DNA from: Candidatus Bathyarchaeota archaeon
GTDB taxonomy: Archaea; Thermoproteota; Bathyarchaeia; Bathyarchaeales; Bathycorpusculaceae
Length of the DNA: 64,000 nucleotides
Assembly: GCA_963717465.1 (NCBI GenBank)
Contig: OY970340.1
Coordinates: 384,001-448,000, forward strand
Reading direction: 5' to 3'
How positions within the stretch are numbered: the first letter of the stretch is position 1; every line of letters begins with the position of its first letter. This document shows, piece by piece, positions 31,110-42,954 of this stretch. A program made the position numbers and the translations under genes. The notes beneath the pieces are model-generated. The model made no database searches. It was not told the DNA's origin and saw nothing but the letters and a program-made list of their open reading frames with translations.

Positions 31110-32366
31110 ATGGCTGAGTTTTCTAAAATAGTTATGATTGACTGCCAAGTGGCTGGAGTTTCTGGAGACATGATGCTTGGAGCATTACTGGATCTTGGAG
31201 CAGACGCAACCAAAGTTGCAAAAGCACTCAAAATTTTAGATAACAAAGATTTCGGCTACAGCGACGTGAAAGTGGACATTAAACAAACTATGCGAGGAGG
31301 CTTCAGAGCAACTAAAGTTGATGTTACAGCCCAAGGAAAAACAAGAAAAGACGGCAAACAACTCATTGAAATAGTGGAAAAAGCAGCATTGCAACTTGGG
31401 CTTTCAGCGAAAGCCAAACAGTTTGCTTCAAACGTTATCTACACCTTAGTCGAAGCTGAAGCAAACCTTCACGGAAAACATTTGGAACACGCACACCTGC
31501 ATGAAGTTGGCATGGTGGACACAGCAGCGGAAATAATTGGTTCCGCGGTTGCCATGGAAGACTTGGGGTTTTTCGAAGCAAAAATCTACGCCACCCCGGT
31601 TTCAGTCGGAGGAGGATTATTCAAGTTCTCGCATGGAACAGTTTCAAGTCCAGCACCAGCAACACTTGCAATTTTTCAATCAAAGAATTACCCTATAAAA
31701 GGTGGACCAGTAGAAGCCGAATTAGCTACCCCCACAGGAGCCTCACTTATCGTTAACTTAGCCAGCCAAGTAAGCGTTTTCTATCCCACAATGATGCCCC
31801 TAAAGGTTGGTTATGGCGCTGGCGAAAAGGAATTCGAAGGATTGCCAAATGCTCTCCGAATCACCGTTGGCAAAAATTTGGAAAAAGGTTTCCAAAGGGA
31901 CCAAATCGCAGTACTAGAAACTAACCTTGATGACGTATCCGGAGAAATCGTCGGATTCACTGTTGACAGGCTCTTTGCCGAAGGCGCAAAAGACGTTTGT
32001 ATCATCCCAATGTACTCTAAGAAAAATAGGCCAGGACAAATTCTCAAGGTAATGGCTGATCAAAAGGATGCTGCTCATTTGTCGCAAGTTTTGATTGATG
32101 AAACGGGAACTTTAGGCGTTAGAATTTATTTCTGTGAAAGACACGTGGTTAACAGAGAAGTCCTCTCAGTGGATGTCATGGTTGAGGGCGTTGAGGAACA
32201 CGTTAAAGTTAAAGTTGCCAAGAATGGCAGCGGCGAAATCGTTCGTGTAAAACCTGAATACGAGGATCTGAAAAAGCTGGCTGAAAAAACCAAGAAGCCT
32301 TTACGGGAACTTTCGGAACTCGTTATGGAAAGAACACACGAAATCTTGCTGAAAAAAGGTGATTAA
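31110..32366 (+). CDS. larC: Nickel-pincer cofactor biosynthesis protein LarC
   Basis: GVSGDMMLGALLDLG, HLHEVG, PAPAT, TPTGA, ETNLDD, KKNRPG, TGTLGVR, KPEYED. Confidence 0.93.
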   Translation: MAEFSKIVMIDCQVAGVSGDMMLGALLDLGADATKVAKALKILDNKDFGYSDVKVDIKQTMRGGFRATKVDVTAQGKTRKDGKQLIEIVEKAALQLGLSAKAKQFASNVIYTLVEAEANLHGKHLEHAHLHEVGMVDTAAEIIGSAVAMEDLGFFEAKIYATPVSVGGGLFKFSHGTVSSPAPATLAIFQSKNYPIKGGPVEAELATPTGASLIVNLASQVSVFYPTMMPLKVGYGAGEKEFEGLPNALRITVGKNLEKGFQRDQIAVLETNLDDVSGEIVGFTVDRLFAEGAKDVCIIPMYSKKNRPGQILKVMADQKDAAHLSQVLIDETGTLGVRIYFCERHVVNREVLSVDVMVEGVEEHVKVKVAKNGSGEIVRVKPEYEDLKKLAEKTKKPLRELSELVMERTHEILLKKGD

Positions 32367-32368
32367 AC

Positions 32369-33196
32369 ATGAAAGAAGAGAAAAATAAAATTGAAAAATT
32401 AAAACGTTTTATTAGTGACAAAGGAAAAGATGGCGTCGTAATCGCTTTTTCAGGAGGAGTTGACAGTTCAACGTTGGCAGCTGTATCTCACGAGGTTTTG
32501 GGGGATAAGGCTGTAGCGGTTATTGCACAATCTCCAACTTATACTTCGCAGGAACTTGCAGATGCCAAAGCAGTTGCTAAGGAAATAGGCATTAAACTTT
32601 ATGTGATAAATACTAATGAGTTAGCTGATGAGAATTTTAGCAAGAACCCTGAAAACCGATGCTACTACTGCAAGAAAGAGTTGCTTGAAAGACTACTTGA
32701 TTTTGCGCATGAACTCGGGTTTAAAGCTGTGTTTGAAGGCACAAACTTTTCGGATTTGAGTGATCATAGACCGGGATTTAAAGCCGTTAAAGAAGCAAGC
32801 AACGTTTACAGTCCATGGATGATTAATGAATTCAATAAGGATGAGATTCGCGCTTTATCCAAGGAAATGGGGCTGAGCATACATGACAAGCCTGCACTCG
32901 CATGTCTAGCTTCAAGAATTCCCTTTAACGAAAAGATAACCGCTGAAAAACTAAGCCGCATCGAAAAAGCAGAAGCAATCGTACAAACGATACTTTGTGC
33001 TAAACAGATTCGAGTTAGAGACCACAATGGACTTGCAAGAATTGAGGTTGGGAGAAATGAGAGAGCACTCTTCTGCAACCTTGATGCTTTGGATAAGTTG
33101 AGCGTTGAGTTGAAAAAGCTTGGCTTCAAGTACGTAACAATCGATTTGGAAGGGTACAAGTCAGGAAGCATGCTAAAAACATTGCAGTACGCCTAA
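32369..33196 (+). CDS. larE: ATP-dependent sulfur transferase LarE
   Basis: AFSGGVDS, RCYYCK, DHRPG, ACLASRIP, RVRDH, GYKSGSM. Confidence 0.93.
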   Translation: MKEEKNKIEKLKRFISDKGKDGVVIAFSGGVDSSTLAAVSHEVLGDKAVAVIAQSPTYTSQELADAKAVAKEIGIKLYVINTNELADENFSKNPENRCYYCKKELLERLLDFAHELGFKAVFEGTNFSDLSDHRPGFKAVKEASNVYSPWMINEFNKDEIRALSKEMGLSIHDKPALACLASRIPFNEKITAEKLSRIEKAEAIVQTILCAKQIRVRDHNGLARIEVGRNERALFCNLDALDKLSVELKKLGFKYVTIDLEGYKSGSMLKTLQYA

Positions 33197-33226
33197 GGCC
33201 AATTCTTTAATGGATGCTTGTAGAGT

Positions 33227-33937
33227 TTACTTGTTTGGGTCTACTCTAATTATTTGTGGTATTTTGCCTGCGGTGCCCACTTGCCCCTTGTAGAGTATGA
33301 GCACTCCCTCAACGCCTTCTATGCTTAACGCAGTTCTTATTCCTGCTTGGATTCCGGTTTCAGCGTTTTCGCCTTTTACCATGTTGCCCACAGCTGTCGC
33401 CACTGCATCCGCAAGTCCAGCGTCTTTACAGAAAACCGTCGCTGCCTCAGCTTTTCCGAAGCTTAAAGCGTGACTGAAGCGTCCTGAACTTGTAGCTAAA
33501 CCGATTGGGAATTCGGTGAGCCTAAAACCGAAGCGTTTCGAAAGCGGCTCCTCACCTGCCGCAAGCGCCACGTCAATAGGCATGTTTGAATTGGCAGAGA
33601 TTTCGCCGCCATCCTCTACAACTGCCACTTTGCAGCCAGCCTTGATCATATCAGCTACAGCCAAATCAGCAATCACTCCGGCCACAGCAGCCATCGGACC
33701 AACACCTGCTTTTTGCGCTACCAAAGCCATCAGTTTTGCCACCAAAGGGTTTTTGGGTACAGGATACGGTTCAAGTGTGTAGATGAATTTTGGGTTTGTA
33801 TCTCCGTAGATTTCGAGTTCATTACGGTTTCGCGTAATTGATTCAGCGGCTATTTTTATTGCGGATTGAAGGTCGGATATTATGGTGCATCGGGTTTCTT
33901 TGAGGCTGAAGGTTTCTTTGTACAGGTTTTTGTTCAT
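33227..33937 (-). CDS. UPF0280/ApbE-like protein (COG2122)
   Basis: GVGPMAAVAG, EDGGEI, TSSGRFSHALSFG, LADAVAT. Confidence 0.88.
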   Translation of the reverse strand: MNKNLYKETFSLKETRCTIISDLQSAIKIAAESITRNRNELEIYGDTNPKFIYTLEPYPVPKNPLVAKLMALVAQKAGVGPMAAVAGVIADLAVADMIKAGCKVAVVEDGGEISANSNMPIDVALAAGEEPLSKRFGFRLTEFPIGLATSSGRFSHALSFGKAEAATVFCKDAGLADAVATAVGNMVKGENAETGIQAGIRTALSIEGVEGVLILYKGQVGTAGKIPQIIRVDPNK

Positions 33938-34368
33938 TATTTTTCCTGATTGTTACTTGAAGAGTTAGCGTTTGAATTCTTTACTGATTTTATTGCTCTA
34001 GCTGGGCAGGTGTCAACGCAGAGGCTGCAGGTGCTGCCAACACACTTCGATCGATCGAACTTTACCGAACAGTCGTCAGTTACACTTATTGCTTCAACTG
34101 GGCAAATAGCCACGCATGAGCCGCAACTCATACATTTTTCAGAGTCTACTTCGATTAGCTTCGGTACGCTGACTTTTACGCCTTTTTTGCGGAAGGCTTG
34201 AACGATTTTTTCTTGTGCTTCATCTGGAATTTCTGCGAGGATTTCGCCGCCTTTCGAATTTACATGTGCAGTTAAAATTGCAATAGGCAATTTATACTCA
34301 AGAATGATTTGTGAAGTTATTGGTTCAGGCACCAGTTTTTCAGAAAAATTAAGCAGAATTCTAACCAT
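33937..34368 (-). CDS. NIL-domain ferredoxin (Fe-S partner of aspartate-semialdehyde sulfurtransferase)
   Basis: NIL-like N-terminus, then CMSCGSCVAICP and C...CSLCVDTCP. Confidence 0.88.
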   Translation of the reverse strand: MVRILLNFSEKLVPEPITSQIILEYKLPIAILTAHVNSKGGEILAEIPDEAQEKIVQAFRKKGVKVSVPKLIEVDSEKCMSCGSCVAICPVEAISVTDDCSVKFDRSKCVGSTCSLCVDTCPARAIKSVKNSNANSSSNNQEK

Positions 34369-34372
34369 GCTT

Positions 34373-35875
34373 TCACCGTCCAAGTAATTTGGAAACATCT
34401 TCGGAAGTCACTATTCCGAGCACTTTATTTTGAACATCAATAACTGGCAAAGCTGAAATGTTGTGCTGAGCCATCCGTTTTGAAGCAATCTCAAGCGGTT
34501 CATCTGGCTTTGCAGTAACAACTTTTCGCGATTCGATATCTGCTAATTCTTTTTTGCCCTCAGCCATTGCCCGCGTGATATCCCAGGAAGTTACGATGCC
34601 CCTTAGTTTTCCAGCTTCGTCGATCACTACGATGTGGTTTACGGATTTAGTGACGATGCGTTCTGCAATAGCACGTATCTTTTCATTCTCAGTGCATGTA
34701 ACCGCTGGATGCATAACGTTGGCTACGTAGGGTATTTCCCCTGTTTGCCGCATAGGCTTAGCAACACTGTCAACTGGAAGCCTTTCAACGGGAGCTGAAA
34801 GGAAGAACTTGCCTTCCTCAATCCAAGACTTCAATGTTACCGAGATTTTTCTCGCCATCTTTAAGCTTGATAGAGAGCTAACCCTGATCTTCTGGTTATT
34901 GACTTTTATTGAGCCTGATTTTAACTCTTTGTAATTTACCTTGGCGAGTTTAGGACGATCTCTGCGGGGTACGCTGTAATCTATTACGTCGGTGAATATT
35001 TCGCTGTCACGAATCGCGGTCTTCTTTGCTAAGCCTTCGTTTAAAATCGGGATAGGCACGCCTAAGCCAACATACAATGAAGTGCCGTATCTGGTAAATG
35101 CTGCACCCTGTAAGAATTCAGGCGTCATCTTTTTAGCGTCGCCTTTAACCATCAGGGTTCCGAACTGATTCTTTGGGCTGTGCTGGGTTCCTTCGCCGAT
35201 TATATATCCTTGCCCGCCGCCAAGAAAAATCCGCGTACCCAAACCGATGGTCTCGTAGTCTGGGTCATTCATCAGTGGATTCAGCTCGCCTGCTCCTGAA
35301 TACGTTGCATTGCGCATCTTCGGCAAGAGCTTGCTCATATAAGTGTAAATTACCTGGTCGCTACCGTTCACTGCACAATTATAGTGTTGGTAGCAATTGC
35401 GGAAATTGAGCAGTTGAAACTGGTTTAAATCATCCTTGGTCAAAGTTGTCTTAAGTTGAGTTCTGGGGTAACAGTCCGTTCCATAACCTGTTGCCTTAAG
35501 CTCAACTTCCTTACCAGCTACAAGGTCCTGGATAACATGACCTCCACCATACTCGAAAGGCTGCTTGTCAGACATGCTAGTTGCCCCAATAAACAAATCC
35601 ACTGCTGCACCAGGATGACAAATTGGGACGTCATTAATCCATGCCTTATCAATCTTTATCGGCGGGTCAGAATGACCCAAATTAATCAATGCTCCTGAAG
35701 AGCACATTGCCCCGAAAGTGCCAGTAGTGACGACATCAACTTCCCTAAATGCGACTTCAACACCGCTGCTTTCTACTAGCTTTTTCATTTCTTCAGCCGT
35801 TAAAACTTGAGCGTCGCCCTTGCGAATTTTCTCATTTATCTCTTCTAATGTGCGAGTTTTTGCATTTTTAGACAA
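34373..35875 (-). CDS. Homocysteine biosynthesis protein (DUF39 + CBS; L-aspartate semialdehyde sulfurtransferase)
   Basis: RTLEEINEKI, VDVVTTGTFGAMCSSG, YGGGHVI, TDCYPR, GTRIFLGG; C-terminal CBS pair. Confidence 0.92.
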   Translation of the reverse strand: MSKNAKTRTLEEINEKIRKGDAQVLTAEEMKKLVESSGVEVAFREVDVVTTGTFGAMCSSGALINLGHSDPPIKIDKAWINDVPICHPGAAVDLFIGATSMSDKQPFEYGGGHVIQDLVAGKEVELKATGYGTDCYPRTQLKTTLTKDDLNQFQLLNFRNCYQHYNCAVNGSDQVIYTYMSKLLPKMRNATYSGAGELNPLMNDPDYETIGLGTRIFLGGGQGYIIGEGTQHSPKNQFGTLMVKGDAKKMTPEFLQGAAFTRYGTSLYVGLGVPIPILNEGLAKKTAIRDSEIFTDVIDYSVPRRDRPKLAKVNYKELKSGSIKVNNQKIRVSSLSSLKMARKISVTLKSWIEEGKFFLSAPVERLPVDSVAKPMRQTGEIPYVANVMHPAVTCTENEKIRAIAERIVTKSVNHIVVIDEAGKLRGIVTSWDITRAMAEGKKELADIESRKVVTAKPDEPLEIASKRMAQHNISALPVIDVQNKVLGIVTSEDVSKLLGR

Positions 35876-36269
35876 TTTAACTTACCTTGTTAACTCATTC
35901 GAGATGTTTAGTCATGTTAATATTTTTTGCGATAATTCCAGTTTAAAAGTTTCCGAGAAGATGACATGGAATTTAAGTGCCAAGTTCTTCAGGCAATTGC
36001 CCGTAAGCAAGGTGGCAGAGCATCATTGCTTGCTTTGCAGCATTGAAAATTTAAATAAACTAATCTTCAATCAAAAGCGTCCATAAAATTTCTACTTTTA
36101 ATATTTTAATCGTTTGCAAGTTGGGTACTTTACTCATTTTATCACTTCTCCCATTAAAACAATTGACAAAAAGAATCACTCATAAATAAAATAAGACTTA
36201 GTTAGGTTAATTTATAAATCTCCGAAAGTTTTATTTTTCAATTGCAGTACCTTAAATAGGGCAAGTTAC

Positions 36270-36891
36270 ATGGAGAAGAAGAGCCAAATAGATTGCGAGT
36301 ACTTTTCTAATGATGGAACTTGCAAAGCTATTACAGGAAGTCAAGAGGGTAAAGAGACAAGAGAAGAATCTTGTTCAAACAAAGTCCAAAATTCTTGTTG
36401 CGCTACATGTATAAATCGAGAAAAATGCGAAATCAGTTGCACTTACAAAAGTGTTGAAAATAAGCAGGCGCGGCACGTTTCAAGAAACAAGACTAAATGA
36501 AGAAATTTCTAATTATAAGAAAAGTATCGAAAAACTAGCAGTTTTCTTTGCAGAAGGAAAGATCACCGAGGAATCTTACCTTAGATCTGTAAAAAGTCTC
36601 GAGGATAAAATAAGCAATTTTGAGGATGTCATGAAAAACCCAGCCAGTTACCAGCGAGATACTTTCCAATCCAATGAAGATAATTCGGACTATGAAAAAC
36701 CGACAATATTGTGGTATTTAGCGCCGTTATTTTTTGGGTTAATTGGAGGTTTAATTGCCTATGTCGGAACAAAAGACCGAGACAAAGATATGGCGAGTTA
36801 CTTGCTTGTTTTCGGAATATTTATGACATTAGTCTTTGTGATTATTGATGTTGTCTTGTTTAGTCAGCTTGCCTCTTTGCTGGGTTATTGA
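36270..36891 (+). CDS. Hypothetical membrane protein with Cys-rich N-terminus (probable frameshift near 36470)
   Basis: Cys-rich 76-aa ORF overlaps a second ORF carrying a SHOCT-like GKITEESY segment and two TM helices. Confidence 0.55.
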
Positions 36892-36960
36892 TTAATTGAA
36901 TTAACGCCGATTTCAAATTCAATCTTTAAATTTGCCAATGCCGAACCATTCTGTGAAGAC

Positions 36961-39900
36961 TTACCAAAGTTTCCAGGGCAAGTCATCCATGTACTCGTTT
37001 AGTGAGCGGATTGGAATTTCGTTTGTGCCTTTTTGTTTTAGCACTTCAACTAAGGCGGCGGCTAACTCTAAGTTTGTGATTACTGGGACATTGAATTCTA
37101 CTGCTTGCCGTCTGATAGTGTAGCCGTCTGTAATTGTATCTAAGTTCGTCTGCTTATCCGAGATGGGCACGTTAATGACTAAATCTATTTTGCGTTCCTG
37201 CAGGTAATCCAAAATGTTGTTTGGGTCAACTTTAGCTTCCTTAACCTTGAGCAAGACAGTTACGCTTTTTACGCCGTTAGCTTGTAACACTTCAGCAGTG
37301 TGTTCAGTAGCATAGATCTTAAAGCCCATCTCTTCAAAAGCCTTAGCGATTGGAACAACCCGGCGTTTAGGTTCTTCGCCGCCGATGGTTATGAGGACCG
37401 CGCCGCCTTTAGGCGGCATCCTGAATTCTGCAGACTGCAACGCTTTAGAGAAAGCGTCTGAAAAGTTTTCTCCTAAGCAGGCTACCTCGCCTGTGCTTAG
37501 CATTTCAACGCCGAGAACAGGGTCAGCACCGCTAAGACGCATGAAACTGAACTGGGGAACTTTAACGCCGACGTGATTCGCATGATTTGCAAGTGACAGC
37601 TGGGCGATTTGGGACTCACTTAGTTTTTTGCCCAGCATTGCTTGAGTAGCTAAATCAATGAGGTTTATTCCGCGAGTTTTGCTTACAAAAGGCATTGAAC
37701 GTGAAGCACGCAAGTTGCATTCGATTACTTGAACAACGCCGTCTTTGACTAAGTATTGAATGTTGTATGGTCCGTGAATTCGCAGGGCTTTTACAATTCG
37801 TTGGGTGCAATCTTCAATCTTCCGTTGAACTTCCATGGATAAAGTTTGAGGGGGAATAGTCATGGTTGCATCTCCGCTGTGGACGCCTGCGTTCTCGATA
37901 TGCTCCATTATTGCTCCGATTAGAACAGTGTCGCCGTCGGAAACTCCATCAACTTCGACTTCTTTGGCTCTGTCAACGAATTTAGAAATAACTACTGGGT
38001 GATCACGGGAAACTTTTGCGGCTAAGTTAAGAAAGTTTTCAAGTGAAGTCTCATTGTAAGCAACACGCATCGCTGAACCTGATAACACGTAACTTGGACG
38101 CACGATAACTGGGTAACCGATTTTCTCAGCAAACCGTTTTGCATCATTAATCGACAAGAGTTTGCTCCAGCTGGGCTGAGAAATTCCAAGTTGATCAAGA
38201 AGCGCAGCTGAACTTTGAACGGTCCTCGGCTAAATCCACATCCTCAGCGGAGGTGCCGAGTAGTTTCACGCCTAAATCGGATAGTTTCATGGCTAAATTG
38301 TTTGGAATTTGCCCACCTACGCTTCCTATGATGCCTAACGGGTTTTCTTTCTCGTAGATATCCATGATTCGCTCAGGAGTTAACTCTTCAAAGTACAATT
38401 TATCAGAAATATCATAATCAGTTGATACTGTTTCGGGGTTGTAATTGACCATGATGGCTTCTTGAATGCCATTTTTCTTGAGTGCCCAAATCGTGTTAAC
38501 TCCGCACCAATCGAATTCCACGCTTGAGCCAATCCGGAAAACTCCAGCGCCCAGCACAATAACTTTACTTGGATTGTTGGTTAGTTTTATGTCGTCTTCG
38601 TCTCCCCCGTAAGTCATATAGAGATAATTGGTTTTAGCTGGCCATTCAGCAGCTAAAGTATCAATCTGCTTTACAACAGGAGTGATCTGGGCATTTTTCC
38701 TGAATTTTCTTATCGTTGCTTCATCAGTATTCTGGCAAACAGCTATTTGGGCATCGGAGAAACCTATGCGTTTTGCTTCACGAATAGTTTCCGCTGCCGA
38801 GTCGCTTCCAAGGTTTAGTTTGCGAAGTTTTGCTTCCATGTCGATTATGTTTTGGATTTTGTGAAGGAAGAACGGGTCAACGCCGCTTAAACTGTAGATT
38901 TCCCCGATGTTGATTCCGATTTTTAATGCTTTTACAATCTTGTATAATCGCTCGTCAGTCGGGTTCGCTAAAACATCGCGTATTCTTTCTTCGGGTTCAG
39001 GCTCAGAATCCTCTGGATTACACACTAAACCAATCTTGCCAGTGTCTAGCATGCGTACGGCTTTTTGAAGTGCCTCTTCAAAACAGCGTCCAATAGCCAT
39101 TACTTCTCCGACTGAACGCATTTGAGGACCAACATGACGATCTGCATTCTTGAATTTCTGCAGGTCCCATCGTGGAATCTTAACAGTTATATAATCTAAA
39201 GCTGGTTCAAAACAGGCTGTTGTGACTTCCGTTACTTTATTTATTAATTCAGGAAGAAGGTAACCGAGAGTTAGTTTAGTTGCGATGTAAGCTAATGGGT
39301 AACCTGTTACTTTGCTTGCAAGCGCACTGCTTCGCGACATGCGCGAGTTCACTTCTATAACACGATATTCCTCTGAATTCGTGTGTAAAGCCCATTGAAT
39401 GTTGCATTCGCCGACTATTCCAAGACTGCGAATAGCGGACAGTGAAGTTGACCTGATAAGGTGGTATTCACGATTTGACAGTGTTTGCGATGGTGCTACA
39501 ACTATTGAGTCGCCAGTGTGAACACCCATCGGGTCAAAGTTTTCCATGTTGCAAACGATTAAGCAGTTGTCAGCGTAATCCCGCATTACTTCGTATTCAA
39601 CTTCTTTCCAGTGACCAACATACTCTTCCACGAGCACTTGCGTAATTCTGCTTTGCGCCAAGCCACGTGTAACTATATCTCTTAATTCCCATGCATTGCG
39701 TGCTACTCCTGCACCTTTGCCGCCTAAAGTGTAGGCAACACGGATGATAACTGGGTAGCCGATTTCATTAGCGATTTCAAGCGCTTCTTTCACTGAGTTT
39801 GCTGATTTGCTTCTCAAGGGCTTCACGTTAGCTTTAAGCATGGCTTGTCTGAAGCGTTCCCTGTCGCCCGTGTCCTCAATAGCTTCTACAGGGGTGCCTA

Positions 39901-40247
39901 AAACCTTAACGTTATATTTTTCCAGAATACCAGCTTTTTGCCAATTCGATTCCGCAGTTAAGTGCGGTTTGTCCCCCAAAACCCAGCAGTATTCCGTCTG
40001 GTTTTTCTTTCTGAATTACTTTTTCAACGTATTCAGGGGTGACTGGAAGAAGATACACTTTCCCTGATAAGCGTGGATCAGTCTGAATGGTTGCAATGTT
40101 GGGGTTAATCAGAACAGTTTCTATACCTTCTTCTCTTAACGCTTTAAGGCACTGGCTTCCAGAATAATCAAATTCTGCGGCTTCACCGATCTTTATTGCT
40201 CCACTGCCAAGCACCAGCACTTTATGTATCCAATCGAACTTGGGCAT
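36961..40247 (-). CDS. carB: Carbamoyl-phosphate synthase large subunit (frameshifts near 39950 and 38200)
   Basis: [50 protein letters not shown]-terminal MGS domain. Confidence 0.96.
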
Positions 40248-40249
40248 TT

Positions 40250-41395
40250 TTAGTTAGCCTCCAAAGTTTTTGCGAACATATCAAACAGCAACTCAGTATC
40301 ATACGGGCCTGGAGATGCTTCAGGATGCCATTGCACAGCAAAAACAGGCTTGCTCTTATGCTTGATGCCCTCAATGGTTTTATCGTTTGGATTAATGAAC
40401 CAAGATTCCAAGCGGCGTATTCTTCAATGAATCCTTGATCCACTGCGTAACCGTGATTTTGAGTAGTAATATAGCAGCGATTATTGTTTAAGTCGCGTGC
40501 AGGCTGGTTTTGGGCGCGATGACCGAATTTTAACTTGTAAGTGTCACCGCCCATTGATAAGGCAAGTATTTGGGCGCCAAGACAAATGCCCATTAACGGA
40601 ACCTTCTCAACGAGTTCACGGATGCACTCGATTGTTTTGGTGCATTTTTTAGGGTCTCCTGGCCCGTTGCTTAGGAAAACGCCGTTAGGTTTGTATGACA
40701 TTACTTCGCTAGCTGAAGTGTCGTAGGGCACGCGGACAACGTTTATTCCACGTTTTAGCAAGTTACGGATAATGCTGTATTTTACTCCGCAGTCAATCAG
40801 GACAACCGTGTATTTTCCGTCAACATTGTACTTAATGGGTTTTTTAACTGATACTTCTTTTACTAAATCGATTAAGTTTGGGTCTGCAATGCCATCACAA
40901 TAACTTTTGAGCCGTTCTAAGTTTGGCTCCTCATGTTCATCGAAAACTTGAAGAACCCCAAGCATGACCCCATGCATTCTAAGTTTCTTCGTTAACCGTC
41001 TAGTGTCAACGCCAGAGATTCCTGGTACACCCTCGTCGGCTAGCCACTTGTCAAGAGTTCTTGTTGATGCCCAATGATACGGTTCACGGCATAACTCATG
41101 AATGACTAAGCCTTGCACTTGAATATGATCTGACTCAAAATAAAGCGGGAATACCCAAGTTTAACTCGTTTGAAGGAACCCCATAATTGCCAACGAGCGG
41201 ATAGGTTAAGTTTAAAATTTGACCTTTATACGATGGGTCAGTAAGCGCTTCTGGGTAACCAACCATTGAAGTTGAGAACACTACTTCTCCTGAAATTTTT
41301 CCAGTTGCACCAAAACCTTTACCGACAAATGACGTCCCGTCTTCTAAGAGGAGAATTGCTTTCTTATTTTCTTGGTTGCTATGTTCTTGAGTCAA
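40250..41395 (-). CDS. carA: Carbamoyl-phosphate synthase small subunit (frameshifts near 41140 and 40420)
   Basis: [40 protein letters not shown] in the alternate frame. Confidence 0.95.
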
Positions 41396-41411
41396 AGTCT
41401 AATACGTCCTG

Positions 41412-42934
41412 TCAATTCGAATTTTTAAATTTTGCGTTTGAAGAATTCTGGCTAGAGTAAGCGGTAACCACAGATTCCAACTTGCTTTCAACGTCGAGAA
41501 GAGACTGATTCAATTTCGAAACGCCGGTTTTCGCGTGTTCTAAGCATTTCTTTCTCTGTTTTAGGGCGCGCTCAACTTCAATTGATGAAGGACCACCTTG
41601 AACTTTATACGTTTCGACTATTTTACGAGGATTCGTACATGAAACGATATCCTTCTCTTTAATTGACAATTTTAAGCCAGCAGGTTTCCTCAGCAATTTT
41701 CTGGATTAACTCAGGAGTTGCATCAAGCAAAGTTTGCTTGGAATCAATCAGGGATTTTACGAGTGCACCGATTATTTTGTGTGCGGTTCTAAAAGGAACA
41801 TGGTATTGACGAACAAGCATGTTTGCTAATTCTGTCGCTCCAACAAAACCCGCAGATGCTTTATCCGTCGCATTTTCTGAGACTTTCAAGTTCGGCATAA
41901 GCTTCGCAAATAGGCTTAATGAAGTGGATATTGTATTGACCGATGTCCAAAGTTTAGGCGTAACTTCTTGAAGGTCCAAGTTGTAGGTTGTGGGCAAACT
42001 CTTAATCATCGCCGTTGCAGCTACGAAATCGCCAAGCACGCTGCTTGCTCTTGCCCGGATAACTTCGAGAACTTCAGGATTTTTCTTCTGGGGCATAATG
42101 CTGCTGGTGGATGTGAATTCATCGGGCAATTCAATTGTTCCGAATTCTGATGAACTCCAAATTATCAAGTCTTCTGCCAAACGGCTCAAGTTCACCGCGA
42201 GCAACGTTAGAGCAGATAATGTTTCAAGAATAAAGTCTCGGCTGCCCACCGCGTCAATAGAGTTTTCCAGTAAATCGTTGAATCCTAAGAGTTCTGCTGT
42301 ACGCTTGCGGTTTATTGGAAAACTTGTCGTTGCTAAAGCCCCAGCCCCAAGAGGATAGAGATTCACGTGTTCATAAGCGCCCATCAATCTTTGTAGGTCC
42401 CGATTTAAGGCGTCAAAGAAAGAAAGCAGGTAATGTGCAAACGTAACGGGTTGGGCTGCTTGCAGGTGAGTGTACTCTAAAATGACGGTTTCAACGTGTT
42501 TGCTGGCTGTCTCAAGTAGGCTAGTCTTGCATATCGAGCACTTGAATCATTAATTCAACGAGTTCTATTCGAAGCTCCATGCGGATGGCAGTTGCAACTT
42601 GGTCGTTTCTGCTTTTTGCAACATGAAGGTTTCCGCCGACTTCAGGTCCAGTTTCAGCTAAAACAGCTTCTTCCACTGCCAAGTGAACATCTTCAGCGGA
42701 AGGGTCAAGCTGCATGCTGGAGCATTTTTTTAAAGCCATTAAAAGTTTGGCGCCGTCTTGTGGATTAATTATTTTTTGTTCTATGAGCATTATGACGTGC
42801 GCTTTGTTGATAGCTACTACCGCATCGAATAGTTTTGCATCATCTTTTATTGAAGAAGTGAAGTGAGCAACGTCCTCCCGGACTGATGTCAATCGACCTC
42901 CACGGAGTATTTTTGACGTTTTTTCATCCTCCAC
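41412..42934 (-). CDS. argH: Argininosuccinate lyase (frameshifts near 42520 and 41690)
   Basis: [35 protein letters not shown]. Confidence 0.95.
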
Positions 42935-42954
42935 TTCTTAATTTAATTTTAATG

